A DNA stretch of 64,000 bases. It comes from Octopus vulgaris (Eukaryota). Location: assembly GCA_951406725.2 (NCBI GenBank), contig OX597819.1:11656001-11720000 (forward strand), written 5' to 3'. Of the stretch, positions 13,339-27,085 are shown one piece after another. Position numbers and translations under genes: made by a program. Position 1 is the first letter of the stretch. The number at the start of each line of letters is the position of its first letter. The notes below the pieces were generated by a model. The model saw only the letters and a program-made list of their open reading frames with translations. It was not told where the DNA came from and searched no databases.

Positions 13339-14171
13339 GTGTGCATACATGTGTACATGTATTATTTCAGCTGGTTGTGTATAGATGTGTATATATGTAT
13401 ACTGCATGGATGTACACACGCGTATACACAGGTATGTATGCATATGTGCCGGCGTATATGTCAGCGTACAAACATACAGCAGATAATAATATGCCTATTA
13501 TATGAGTGCGTGAATGTGTATATGTGACGGTATATGTATGTGCACTTGTGTGTTTGTGTGTAGCTTGCGTGTGTATATATGTATGTGTGTGTTTGTGTGT
13601 AGCTTGCGTGTGTATATACGTATGTGTGTGTTTGTGTGTATGTGCCTGCAAGTCCTTTTTACATATACAGGAATACACATACGCGTATGATTTAGTTGGG
13701 AAGTGTATAGATAAGAGGCCTCACGGGGTGGGGGGCGAAGGGGAAGCTAGAACGAGCGGTAAGTGAAGAAAAGGAAGGGAAGGGCGGTGGGGGTGGGATG
13801 GGATGATGGAGGTGCGGTCGGGGTGGTGATGGAGGCGCGGTCGGGGTGGCGACATTCCGTTCACACCAAACTGCAATACAACAGACATTGTTGGTTTGTG
13901 ACTTCGGCAAACATGGACGTCGTACTTCGGCTTCTCTTCTTGACACAGAAACTTCTGGAATTGGGGACCGGTAGGATATGGTTATGTGTTTGGGTGGTTG
14001 CTCTCAGGAGTAAAGAGACGGGGCCGGGGGGGAGAAGCGAGAGGGTGTTTGTTGGTACCTTGGGGTGGGCGTGGGGTGGGGGTAGAGGTGGGGGGAATAT
14101 AATCGGATGATTTGGGGGGGGACAAAAAGAGATATAAAGACAGACAGACAGATAGGAAGGTAGGTAGGTAT

Positions 14172-14325
14172 ACTCTTTTTACTCTTTTACTTGTTTCAGT
14201 CATTTGACTGTGGCCATGCTGGAGCACCGCCTTTAGTCGAGCAAAATCGACCTCGGGACTTACTCTTTGTAAGCCTAGTACTTATTCTATCGGTTCCTTT
14301 TGCCGAACCGCTAAGTTACGGGGAT
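14172..14325 (-). mobile_element. SINE family A, 3' module only
   Basis: CTCTTTTACTTGTTTCAGTCATTTGACTG...GCCGAACCGCTAAG. Confidence 0.8.
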
Positions 14326-14419
14326 GAAACAGAAGTCGATCATGATGATCGAAGAAGTTTTCCTCTTCATCCTTGAAACTCCCGTTGTATTATCATTGAT
14401 CAATATCTTTTATGATAAA

Positions 14420-14814
14420 CTAGCAGTATCGCCCGGCGTTGCTCGGGTTTGTAAGGGAAATAACTATATAAGCATTTTTAGAGATGTAAAGTATAATAGC
14501 CATCTCAATATGGCTAACCACAAGGGGGGAGGTGTTACTGTAGCTTTTTACGTTCTGAGATTTAATAATAAATTTTTAGAGAGTTACTTCCCTTATATAT
14601 GCCAAAAATGCATTAAAAATGGGAAAAAATTATGGTAATTTTTTTTAAATCGTAGACTCATCGTAGACGCGCGCTAATACCCAGAAGGGCTTGATATGAA
14701 TCACGACTATAAGATACCCGGTTTTGGTTAAACTGCACCGCAAAATGTGGGAGTAGTTAGGAATCTAAATCGTAGGAGACAGACAGCACACAACCTTACT
14801 TTTATATATAAAGA
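14420..14814 (-). mobile_element. non-autonomous Helitron
   Basis: Minus strand begins TC(TTTATATATAAAAG) and ends in hairpin CCCGAGCAACGCCGGG then CTAG; inserted between A and T; 5 related copies in the window. Confidence 0.88.
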
Positions 14815-15452
14815 TATGAACCTTACTATGATATCACTGCGTTCTTATTCCTTTCCTTGTGTTTCTCTTATTCCTTTCCTTGTTTTTCTCTTTAAGTATT
14901 TTTGCTTATATAATGCACAGTGGATGTTGAAAATATTGATATTTCTATGCATGAAGGTACTTGTATTCTTGTTGTCCTTTAGAAACAGATTACGTTGGCG
15001 CATATCTTAGCTTATAACAAGGAAGTCAAGAGAAGAAACAGGCACCACGGTATAGTTTAGCTGGGCACGTGTTGGTGTACGTTTCAAATAGCTGTGTGTA
15101 GCTACAAATCTCTTTAATGCTAAAAGGTGGGTGTTCCTTTTCTGGTGAAAGTCTAAGAAAAGTAGCTGTTCGCATTTATCCCAGTTTCTCTGCTCACAGA
15201 GAGAAAATCGGTGGTAGGAGAATTTCATTTCCTTTTCTTTTCGAGGTTCAAATTGTACAGTTATTGTAAAAAGGATGCCTTAATTTTTATCATATACCTT
15301 TCGATTTATGAACATTTAATGGCGGACAGGTGAAACACACTGAAGGTAAATGAACGGAAGTGAAAGATAAATTATCGGGAAAGAAGCTCACTTCAGAATT
15401 TCGTAGTTTCTGTTTCAATGGATTCTAAGCAGAAATCCGTCGTGTATATACT

Positions 15453-15551
<99 letters not shown>

Positions 15552-15679
15552 ACACACAGGTAAGTTGTACGGAAAGTGGACATCACTTTGTTGCTAAGTG
15601 ACATGAGTCGTTCAAATTGCAAATGTTGATAGAGTAACTCTTCTTTCGTAACTCTTCCTGTCCTTCATCGCGGGCATTT

Positions 15680-16130
15680 TACAGATTCCAAACAGAAACA
15701 ACATGTCATCATTGAGTCCTTAACGAAGGAGGCGTAGATTCTCCGACATCCGCAGAAAGTTTTGGGCTGTTTACTAAGATGACATCATTGACAATAGCAA
15801 TGTTCACTGAGGGATGAGTAAAATTTAAAGTACGGGGAAAGCAGCATTAAAGACAATCCATGAGAGACCATCAACTGTGACCATTGGCCTGAATCATCAA
15901 CGAGTGGACCAAGTGATTCGCGGGGACAAAAGAATCACAACCCGTGAGCTAGTGGCACGATTGGGCTGGGGTTGTTCTGCATTACAAAAGATGGTGGAAA
16001 TCTTTGAGTATTGGAAGATGTGTACAAAAGGAATACTACGGGAGTTTACAACTGATTTAGAGAAGAGAAAGCAAGAGGTCTGCTCTGATATGCTGCAAGC
16101 GTTGGACGCCAATGAAGCCACGCGTTATTT
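15680..16130 (+). pseudogene. decayed mariner-family transposase fragment
   Basis: VDQVIRGDKRITTRELVARLG...YWKMCTKGILREFT resembles mariner HTH2 and KVCARWVPRxLT; upstream broken frames resemble HTH1; stops and frameshifts. Confidence 0.75.
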
Positions 16131-16161
16131 TCAATACAACTCTTTTGTCCTTGGGTGTACA

Positions 16162-16198
<37 letters not shown>

Positions 16199-16238
16199 CA
16201 AGTGAATATGAAGTATACACTTGTCGGTTTGAAAGTCC

Positions 16239-16297
<59 letters not shown>

Positions 16298-16429
16298 GTG
16301 TGTGTTTGTGTGTGTGTGTAACAAATGTTTATATATATTCATATATGTAACAAGTATATATATATATACATATATGTGGCAAATATATATATATATGTAC
16401 ATATATATGTATATATGTATATATATGTT

Positions 16430-16499
<70 letters not shown>

Positions 16500-16528
16500 T
16501 AGATAGATAGATAGATAAATAGATGCAG

Positions 16529-16596
<68 letters not shown>

Positions 16597-16776
16597 GTAT
16601 ATATATAGATATAGATATATACATATATGTATATATATATGTATATATATATATGTGTGTGTGTGTGTGACTCTGCTTCTGAGTAATGTGTTGCGTGTGT
16701 TTATAAACGATGAAGTCGTGCTGTGTGTGTGCGTTTGTGTGTGTGTGTGTGTGTGCGTGTGTGTGTGTGTGTGTGC

Positions 16777-16807
<31 letters not shown>

Positions 16808-17641
16808 CATACACCTGTGTATGTGAGGTTGAATGAGAGAGGGGGACCAGTGTACAATGATCTGAGGCGTGTGGTGGTGGTGGTGGTGGTGGTGGTGGTG
16901 GTGGTGATGGTGAGGGGGGGGGTAGTGATTCAGAGAGATGATTCACTGACTGGAACCATGACAATCACCTGTGGCAGCCATACCAAAACAGATTCCATGA
17001 GCTGATAAAGCTTGTTAAACAGAGGAGAATGACTTGGCTTCTTAATCTGGTCCGTGTTTACACACAGCAGAAACCTAGTAGAGACACCATCACAGCTACT
17101 TAGCAAAGACCTCTCTAATATTACGTTTAACTCCAGAGACTATCGTAATACTTGTGGCTCCACCTATGTAGACTCCTAGTCTGTTCACGGTGGATGCTAA
17201 CTACGACGACACGGTGAGCATGCGTGCGTGTCTGTAGGTGCGTGTAGATCAACAGTTTATAGATTTACAGTGGTGCATATGAGTGCGTATGTGCCTGGGT
17301 ATGTGTGTAGATGTGTGTGTGTGTGTGAATATGTGTCTATGTATGTGTCTATATGTGTGTTCGTATGTGTGTATATGTGTGTCTACGTATGTGCGTGTCT
17401 CTCCTTTTTCGTGTTCCGTTTCAGTCACTGGCTTATGATTATCTTGGTACACACACACACACACAAACAGACAAACGCACACATGCACAGACATACATAC
17501 ATACATACATACACATATGCAGACATGCGCGTGCACACACACATACACATACACATACACAGGCACATACACATACGCGCGCACACGCACACACATGCAC
17601 GGACTCACGCGCGCTACATAAACAATACTCACACGAATGCC

Positions 17642-17722
<81 letters not shown>

Positions 17723-17819
17723 GGATGGATAGATAGATAGATAGATAGATGGATAGATAGATAGATGGATAGATAGATAGATATGCATGTATATATTATA
17801 CATAGATATGCACTCCTAC

Positions 17820-17878
<59 letters not shown>

Positions 17879-18455
17879 GTGTGTGTGTGTGTGTTACCAG
17901 TGTGGTGTACGCAAAATGAACAGCGATGATGCAACAAGTATAATACAGAAAACATTGACATCGAGAAACAACAAACTAAATCTATAAAAAAAACACAATA
18001 AATACCGATAAAAGAATGGCTAAGTTGGCGAGGATTAAACCGGAAGTGCATTGAAAAGAACGCCGATAAGAATAATGAAATCATCGAACAGGGAAGTTGA
18101 AATATTGGGTTTAAAGACACATAATATATCATGTTACAATGGCGCCTGGAGGAACGAAAGTAGCAGACGTAATAACTATGGTAGACAAGAAAATGTCTAG
18201 TTAATAAAGCCACATTTCCTGTGTTGTGTAGGTTCGCCGAAGGACACGATGTTGGTGCAGAATGTCTGCGTGAAAATATTTAGCGATGTGATTGCAAATA
18301 AACTACGAAGGTTTTCTATAAAAAATATGGATCAGAAAATATTTGTTTCGGTTTGAAATTTATCGGATATTCAACACATTTTGTTGTGCTTCTGTGTATA
18401 TTTATAAATTTATATTTTGTATGAAAAGTAGAGTTTTATTTTAATTTATTATATG

Positions 18456-18834
18456 CTAGCAGTATCGCCCGGCGTTGCTCGGGTTTGTAAGGGAAATAAC
18501 TATATAAGCATTTTTAGAGATGTAAAGTATAATAGCCATCTCAATATGGCTAACCACAAAGGGGGGGGTGTTACTGTAGCTTTTTACGTTCTGAGATTTA
18601 ATAATACATTTTTAGAGAGTTACTTCCCTTATATAATAGCGAAAAAATGCATTAAAAATGGGAAAAATTGATGGTAATTTTTTTTTTAAATCGTAGACTC
18701 ATCGTAGATGCGCGCTAATACCCAGAAGGGCTCGATATGAATCACGACTATAAGATACCGCAAAATGTGGGAGTAGTTAGGAATCTAAATCTTAGGAGAC
18801 AGACAGCACACAACCTCTCTTTTATATATAAAGA
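18456..18834 (-). mobile_element. non-autonomous Helitron flanked by ~120-130-bp direct repeats
   Basis: Near-identical to 14420-14814; 18325-18454 repeated at 18834-18952. Confidence 0.88.
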
Positions 18835-18979
18835 TATGGATCAGAAAATATTTGTTTCGATTTGAAATTTATCGGATTTTGTTGTGCTTCTGTATATATT
18901 TATAAATTTATATTTTGTATGAAAAGTAGAGTTTTATTTTAATTTATTATATATATCTGTGCATTTTTTTTTAATTTAT

Positions 18980-19170
18980 TCTCTTTTACTTTTTCACTTG
19001 TTTCAGTCATTTGACTGCAGCCATGATGGAGCACCACCTTTAGTCGAACTAACCGAACCCAGGACTTTTGTAAGCCTAGTACTTATTCTATTAGGCTCTT
19101 TTGTCGAACCATAAACACACCAGCATCGGTTGTTAAGAGATGGTGGTTGGGACAAACACAGACACACAAA
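18980..19170 (-). mobile_element. SINE family A, 3' module
   Basis: Matches family consensus with deletions. Confidence 0.75.
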
Positions 19171-19230
19171 TATACACATACATACATACATACATACATA
19201 CATACATACATACATACATACATACATACA

Positions 19231-19320
<90 letters not shown>

Positions 19321-19417
19321 ATCAAAACATGAAAACACAGAGAGAAAACACAACAACGCGAGGACGTAGAACAAGTATAGTATTATTGGACGCTCGGGAA
19401 AGGAAAGAAAGAAGGAG

Positions 19418-19453
19418 GATTTAACGTTTCGTGCGGAACTCTTCGTCAGAAAC
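19418..19453 (-). ncRNA. minimal hammerhead-like motif within a short (TA)n-adjacent element (~19317-19525)
   Basis: Minus strand TTT-CTGACGAA-GAGT-TCC-GCAC-GAAA-CG-TT-AAA; palindromic AACGTT stem III; one stem II mismatch. Confidence 0.55.
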
Positions 19454-19714
19454 ATAGGAAAAGGGAAGATCCAAGGAAGGGAAGACGGAGAGAAAGATAT
19501 CGCCAACGATACACACTCGGTCACATATAGCTCCGTCGCGTGACTTTTAGATGTCCCCTACAACTTGTTGTTTCGATGTCCCATCCCTTCAATCAAAATT
19601 CATAATCTATGCACTTTTATTCATGGCTATATTTTGTTTTATTCTATCTGGAGTTCAATCTTTCACGTTACCCTAAAGAACATCTTTAAAAGTACAAGTT
19701 AAATCTATTTAGGT

Positions 19715-20125
19715 TTTACTCTTTTTTACTCTTTTACTTGATTCAGTCATTTGACTGCGGCCATGCTGGAGCACCGCCTTTAGTCGAGCAAATCGACCCC
19801 GGGACTTATCCTTTGTAAGCCCAGTACTTATTCTATCGGTCTCTTTTGCCGAACCGCTAAGTGACGGGGACGTAAACACACCAGCATCGGTTGTCAAGCC
19901 ATGCTAGGGGAACAAACACAGACACACAAACACATACACTTATATATATATATACATATATACGACAGGCTTCTTTCAGTTTCCGTCTACCAAATCCACT
20001 CACAAGGCATTGGTCGGCCCGGGGCTGTAGCAGAAGACACTTGCCCAAGATGCCACGCAGTGGGACTGAACCCGGAACCATGTGGTTGGTTAGCAAGCTA
20101 CTTACCGCACAGCCACTCCTGCGCC
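19715..20125 (-). mobile_element. SINE family A, full length
   Basis: Head CCACTCCTGCGCC at ~20113-20125; 3' module at 19715-19910. Confidence 0.9.
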
Positions 20126-20527
20126 TATTTTTATAAAACTTCCAGCTCTGAATAAAAGAACACTTTTATGATCCAGAACAATTTTCAAAGACAAACACGG
20201 CGCACTTTTCCTTTCGCGAAACCATCGATCAGTTCAGAATAATCAAGTTGAGAGCTAAGGTCAATCGATATCATAGACAATCCACAAAGTGTGGTCCACG
20301 TTCGTGGTACAATATAATATTTTTACAAGAACTTTTGCAGGTACAATGTACTACCATTTTGTTTCTTGAAATTTTCAGTTAACACAGACAGTTTAATTAT
20401 TGTTTAACATCTTAACCAAAGCAAACAGATGACTCATCTACATCCTTTGATCTTCACCTGTGGCTGCTCAAGCTCGGAGGCCCCCTGCGACCGCAGGGTT
20501 TGCAGGGGCTTAGCGACGGCCCTGTAT

Positions 20528-20683
20528 ATATACGACGGGCTTCTTTCAGTTTCCGTCTCACAAGGCTTTGGTCGATCCGAGGTTATAGCAGAAGATACTT
20601 GCCCAAGGTGCTACGCAGTAGGACTGAACCCGGAACCATGTGGTTGGGAAGCAATCTTCTTATCACTCAGCTACTCCTGCACC
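20528..20683 (-). mobile_element. SINE family A, 5' part
   Basis: Diverged head and body. Confidence 0.75.
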
Positions 20684-21335
20684 TATTATATAAATTTATT
20701 GTACAACTGACCATCACATGATATTAATATCTATTTATATTTATTCTTCTGAAGGCTGCGCTCTGGCAGAACCATTAGCATACCGGGCATTTAGCGGTAT
20801 TTCATTTGTCTTTTCTTTCTGAGTTTAAATTCCACCGCGGTCGATTTTTACCTTTTATTCCTTCGGGTGTGATAAGATAAGTACCAGCTAAGCACTGAGG
20901 TCAATGAAATTGTCTTGCACCCTCCTCCAATTTGCTGGCCTTATGCCAAAATTTCAAAGCGATATTCATCTCTTTTGTGTAAATATGTCAGCCAAGAATT
21001 CATCATAATACATAAATTAACCAAAAAACAATTCAAGATATGTTTGTATAAGTGTGCACACGTGCGGAGAGAAGGAAACACACATCAGTGCAAACAATCC
21101 AGAATATGAAAAGAATTTATTATAATATATTATAATAAATTATATGTCCTATGTTAATCACTTCATAAACAACAACTCTGAATTTTATGTCACCAATTCT
21201 CAAATGATTATAGAAATGAAAAATAAAAACTGTTATATTTATTGAGAAAATGGTAAAACAATTAATCCAAATGACACCTGAAATTCTGAAAAGAATTGGC
21301 AGAAAGCTTCCTTTGCAATAAACATAACGTATTAA

Positions 21336-21950
21336 GGCGTCGAGCTGCCAGAAACGTTACCACGCCGGGCGAAATGCTTAGCGGTGTTTCGTTTGCCATT
21401 GCGTTCTGAGTTCAAATTCCGCCGAGGTCGACTTTGCCTTTCATCCTTTCGGGGTCGGGTTCAATAAATTAAGTACCAGTTACGCACTGGGATCGATATA
21501 ATCGACTTAATCCGTTGGTCTGTCCTTGTTTGTCCCTTCTATGTGTGGCCCCTTGCAGACAATAAAGAAATAAGAAAAGTTAGCACGCCGGGTGAAATGC
21601 GTAGCCGTATTTCGTCTGCCGCTACGTTCTGAGTTCAAATTCCGCCGAGGTGACTTCGCCTTTCATCCTTCCCGGGTCGATAAATTAAGTACCAGTTACG
21701 CACTGGGATCGATATAATCGACTTAATCCGTTTGTCTGTCTTTGTTTGTCCTCTCTGTGTTTAGCCCCTTGTGGGTAGTAAAGAAATAGGTATTTCGTCT
21801 GTCGCTGCGTTCTGAGTTCAAATTCTGCCAAAGTCGACTTTGCCTTTCATCCTTTCGGGCGTCGATAAATTAAGTACCAGTTGCGTACTGGGGTCGATCT
21901 AATCGACTGGCACCCTCAACAAAAATTTTTGGCTATGTACCTGGCAAAGA
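21336..21950 (+). mobile_element. SINE family B, tandem trimer
   Basis: Three consecutive GAGTTCAAATTC...AAGTACCAG bodies. Confidence 0.88.
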
Positions 21951-22324
21951 ATAAATATAACGTATGATAAATATAATTCGCTTTGCATCTGTAAAATATT
22001 TGCGGTTTTAAGATCGAAAAATGCTTATCTCAAGGCTAGTTTTATGGAACCTTTTGGAACAAAGATCTTAAAATTTACTTAGGTTCAAATTTAATCAAGG
22101 TTCAAATGTAGGATTTGTAGCTTTCAGAACCCAGGAAATATTTTTTACCACTCGAAAAAAAACAAAAAAGAAAATTAAGATTAATCGTTAGAATATTGTT
22201 GCTGATACTAATGGCAATATATTTAATTCTGTTAGTTTAGAAGCTAAGGAGATATTGAGGCTAATGTTGAGTTCTACGGAAACAGTATAACATTTAAAAG
22301 GCACAAGACAGAATTTTATGAGTA

Positions 22325-22660
22325 GGCGCAGGAGAGGCTATGTGGCATGTAGCTAGCTTACCAACCACACGATTCTGGGTTTAATCCCACTGCGTGGCCC
22401 CTTGGGCAAGTGTCTTCTCGGGCCGACCAACATTTATGTATATAGACGTATGTATGTATATGTTTATGTGTCTGTGTTTGTCCCTCCACCATCGCTTGAC
22501 AACCGATGTTGGTGAGTTTACGTCCCTGTAACATAGCAGAACCTGATAGAATAAGTACTAGGCTTACAAAGAATAAGTCCTGGGGACGATTTGTTCGACT
22601 AAGGCGGTGCCCCAGCATAGCCGCAGTCAAATGACTGAAACAAATAAAAGAATAAAAGAA
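22325..22660 (+). mobile_element. SINE family A, internally deleted
   Basis: GGCGCAGGAGAGGCTATGTGG head; 3' GACTGAAACAAATAAAAG. Confidence 0.8.
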
Positions 22661-22680
22661 AAAGTGAGAATCTAACCAAG

Positions 22681-23125
22681 TGCAGGCATGTCTTTGTGGT
22701 CAAGAAGCTCACTTGGCAACCACATAGTCTCAGGTTCAGTCCCACTGCGCAGCACCTTCGGTAAGTGTATCAGGGAGTTTTGTTAACAGAAACTGTGATG
22801 AACCCTGTCATACAGGTGAGTGTGTGTGTGTGTGTGTCTGTGTGTGTGTACGTGAGCATGCGTGTGTGTGTGTGTGAATGTGTGGGCCTTTGCGTCTGTG
22901 TTTCTCCCCTACCACCGTTTGATAACCGGTGTTTGCTCTGTTTACGTCCCTATATCCTAGCAGTTCGGCAAAAGGAACCGATACAATAACTACCAGATTT
23001 CAAAAATGAAATAACTATTGGGGTTGATTTGACTGATTCAATCCTTCAATGCGCCCCACCCCAACTCCCACCCCCACCATGACTAAAGTTCAATGACTGA
23101 AACATGACAAAGATAAAGGATAAGA
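22681..23125 (+). mobile_element. old diverged SINE family A copy
   Basis: GGTTCAGTCCCACTGCG B-box; GTTCGGCAAAAG; ATGACTGAAAC. Confidence 0.65.
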
Positions 23126-23548
23126 GTGAAAAGCAAGCTGTGTGTGTAATTAAAACATCGCAAAGACGGAGACGGAATGACGTCATTTCCGGTATTCCTT
23201 TGGCTTAATAGAATCAGTAACGTCCATCTTTATCAGCCTCCGATAACACATAATCTTTGCTCTCAAAAGACATTCGTTTCCACCAGGAATTATACCTTCA
23301 CCAGCGATTCCAATAAAATATTGGCGCGTGCAATATCACTATGTGTGTGTGCCTGCGTGTGTGCATGTGTTTGTTTGTATGAGTGTGTGTGCGCGCGTGC
23401 GCGTGCGTGTGCATGTCTATTCTTACATATATACATATATACATATATCTATATACACACACATATACATATATACATACATATACACACGTATACATAC
23501 GATGATGATTGATATATATACATATATATATATATATATGTATGTATG

Positions 23549-23580
<32 letters not shown>

Positions 23581-23631
23581 TATATGCATATATATACATA
23601 CACATACACACACACATATATATATATACAT

Positions 23632-23680
<49 letters not shown>

Positions 23681-23682
<2 letters not shown>

Positions 23683-24020
23683 CTGACGTACCCGGTAATT
23701 CCCGGGAGAGCGGGGCTTATCCCTTGGTTCTTTTCTCATAATTCTTTCGCAAATCTAATAACAACAATACAAAGTATGTAGCCCTTAAAACGGTTTTTGT
23801 GCATTTACAGAGAATACTGAACTGTCTTACACAGTATTTTGTTTTTGGAATTCCCAATAAGTTATGAATACCCAAATTGTGAAGTCAGTTGTAATAACAT
23901 GAAATTAGTTACCCGATATTAAGAATTCGAATAAAGTAGCCCCGAAAAGGGCTTTAATGCGTTTCCAGAGTATATAGAACATAGGAAGAAATGCTAATAA
24001 ATTATGTATACTAAAATCGT
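23681..24020 (-). mobile_element. possible second non-autonomous Helitron (3' end at 23681)
   Basis: Minus strand hairpin CCCGGGAATTACCGGG followed by TACGTCAGCT then (TA)n; 5' end not defined. Confidence 0.4.
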
Positions 24021-24042
24021 GAAGCATGTTACGTGATAACAT

Positions 24043-24142
24043 GTTGTTGTTATTATTATTATAATTATTCAGGTCACTGCCTGGAATCGAACTCGGAATC
24101 TTGGGGTTAGTAGCCCGTGTTCTTAACCACTACGCTATATGC
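24043..24142 (-). mobile_element. very short tRNA-derived SINE or tRNA retrocopy with (TAA)n tail
   Basis: Minus strand GCATATAGCGTAGTGGTTAAG (A-box)...GGGCTACTAACCC (anticodon-like arm)...GAGTTCGATTCC (B-box); acceptor stem does not pair; TAA tail. Confidence 0.7.
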
Positions 24143-24640
24143 GTAAATATAGAACCGTATTATATAATTTGTATACAATACTATAATATTATGATGAATT
24201 CATAGCGTCCCCCAATCCACTGCCTTCCTCCTAATGCCACCTTTTTCTCTACCGCCACCCCCACGCACCACCCCTAAGGCACCAGCGCCCACCTGGATCC
24301 TCTCAACGCCCACCGAGGGGTAGCACCCACTTTGAGTACCTATGCTTAAGACGAACCCCAATTCCAAACAAAAAATATTAAAAGAGCCCCAAATTTGCAT
24401 ATACGACTCAGGATGGGTTTTTTTTTTTGTTGTTTTTTTTTGTGTCAGTTTTATACACCATCAAATACGTCAAGTTAAGATGTTATTTGGAGCTCTGCAG
24501 TAATTGATTCTCAGCTATTATTCGTAAACTAGCTTTAAAATACAACCCTTGGTTTAACATTTAGACTAAAGTGCTTCGCCCATCCCACTTCGGTCTAAAC
24601 TAGATACTATTTCCTGTCAAAATACTGGGATTTTCAGATA

Positions 24641-24962
24641 TCTTTATATATAAAAGTGAAGTTGTGTGTCTGTCTCCTATGATTTAGATTCCTAACTACT
24701 CCCACATTTTGCGGTGCAGTTTAACCAAAACCGGGGGTTTTTTTTTTTTTGTTGTTTTTTGTATCTTATAGTCGTGATTCATATCGAGCTGTTCTGGGTA
24801 TTAGCGCGCGTCTACGATGAGTCAACGATTTTTAAAAAAATTTACCATCATTTTTTTCCATTTTTAATGCATTTTTTTGCTAATTTTTGGCTATAACTCT
24901 CTAAAAATGCTTATATAGTTATTTCCCTTACAAACCCGAGCAACGCCGGGCGATACTGCTAG
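24641..24962 (+). mobile_element. non-autonomous Helitron
   Basis: A|TCTTTATATATAAAAG...CCCGAGCAACGCCGGGCGATACTGCTAG|T. Confidence 0.9.
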
Positions 24963-25880
24963 TTTTACAATATAAGTTTAATGTGTGTTTGTTATTTTTG
25001 GGGATGGTTGTTTTTGCGAATAAACACACGCACTGTTTGACCTTCACTTCAGCTTTATTATTAATAGTTACTGTTTATTTGTCCAAGTTCTTTCGTCACC
25101 TATTCCGTAATTTCACCAATGACTGTGTCTCTTCTATTTCCTGTTTACTCCATCGTGTCACTCTATTGTGCATATCCCTATCTGCGCATGCGCTTGGGTC
25201 CGTGCATCTGTGTGTGTGGGGGTGGGGGGTATCTTTAATGTGTGCTCATATTTATTCTATTCCCAACAGCAATGTTTTTCTGTCTAAAACCGGATTTATT
25301 GTAGGGAATAGGGTGGCTTGTTTTGCGGCGCACCTTATCACTGCGGGTAGATCAACTAGCATGTTTGGCAGGTAACACAATGAGAGACTGGCAATGTTCT
25401 ACCCAAATAGCTAATCACCTTCGAATGTTTTTTTTTCCTTAATCCCAATTTTGTTTTCGCTCCGTCGCCAACACCAACATCTCTATCACCGACACCACCG
25501 ATGCCACACTCATCCAACCAACACCCTCACCACAACCACCGCCACCACCGCCCGCCTTCACTGTGAACCTAACCTACCACTCACTCTAACAACTCATCAA
25601 CGTCACCCACCCACTTACACTACGAAACGACGACATCTGTCTGTTAGTCGTACCCAAACTCCACCTTTGCTACCCGCCAACTGCCAGACGTCTGAACAAC
25701 TGATCGAGTGGTGTGATTCAATGATGTAATTCAGTGCATTTGTGGCGGCGGGGGAGGACGTCAGCGGAGGGGCGGCGGAGCGGCGGATAGATAAACTTGT
25801 GGCGGCAGATAGATTATACAACAACGGAAACAACAACAACATTAACAGCAACAACAACTGCAATGATAACAAGAGCAACA

Positions 25881-25923
<43 letters not shown>

Positions 25924-26019
25924 GTTTAGTTAAATCATACTCAAAGAACAACCGTCAATATACACTGACACATGCACACACCTATATATACAAATATGTA
26001 TGTATGTGTATATGCATGC

Positions 26020-26079
<60 letters not shown>

Positions 26080-26119
26080 TATATACATGTATGTATATAA
26101 ATATATGTATGTGTATATG

Positions 26120-26183
<64 letters not shown>

Positions 26184-26184
<1 letters not shown>

Positions 26185-26440
26185 TCTTTTACCTGTTTCA
26201 GTCATTTGACTGCGGCCATGCTGGAGCACCGCCTTTTAGTCGAACAACTCGACCCCGGGACTTATTCTTTGTAAGCCCAGTACTTATTCTATCGGTCTCT
26301 TTTGCCGAACCGCTAAGTGACGGGGGACGTTAACACACCAGCATCGGTTGTCAAGCAATGCTAGGGGGTCAAACACAGACACACAAACACACACACACAT
26401 ACATATATAAATATATATATATATATATATACATATACGA
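26184..26440 (-). mobile_element. SINE family A, 3' module and internal microsatellite (head missing)
   Basis: Matches consensus up to TATACGA. Confidence 0.82.
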
Positions 26441-26671
26441 GATGCTAGTTCTAAAATCTCTCTAAGAGATCAACGCAGTAGTTGTACTGATAAGTAATAT
26501 TCGTAGACACTTTAACATGGCTGTCTGTTCGAGCGGATTCTACTGCGATTTTTTAACCCCAAGAGGACATCTCGTCTAGCTGATTAACGATGCACAGCTG
26601 AGCTGCATCCGATAAAATTGCATGTATATACATATATGTGTGTGTATATATGTATGTGTGTGTGTGTGCAT

Positions 26672-27085
26672 CAGGCACGTGCCGTCAGTAATTACTCAGG
26701 GTAGGCAGTTGGTAACTTTTATGTAGTAAAACAAACACAAAATAAGCGAAACACAGGCGCGTGACTGAGTTGAAAGCAGGATTTACTTCTGTCTTTATAG
26801 CACGTAGAGAAAACGGTGTTGTAGGAGTGTACGCAGGACGTGTACTACAGCAGAACTATATGTTGCTTAAATACTGAGATTGAAAAGCTGGGGCGAATTT
26901 TGTCTACCTAATCTACAAAACAATGAAATATTTTGCATTTTATGCATAGTAATCAAAGTAACCTTCCTAATTTTATTGAATTAGGTACATATTTTGCCAT
27001 AAAAGGAAAATGTTGCTATCGATTTATTTTATTCAAAGTAGGGCAGTGCCTACCTTGCCTACCTAGAGCACGTGGTACGTTCCTA
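26672..27085. mobile_element. possible hAT-type MITE
   Basis: Left CAGGCACGTGCC...GGTAGGCA; right TGCCTACC...GGTACGTTCCTA (decayed TIR); TSD not convincing. Confidence 0.35.

Noticed and set aside
13780-14100. G-quadruplex-forming G runs
   Set aside because: Low-complexity purine tract with no independent evidence of function
16930-17218. Unique sequence ending in a donor-like ACG|GTGAGC
   Set aside because: No convincing ORF or acceptor; exon status unsupported
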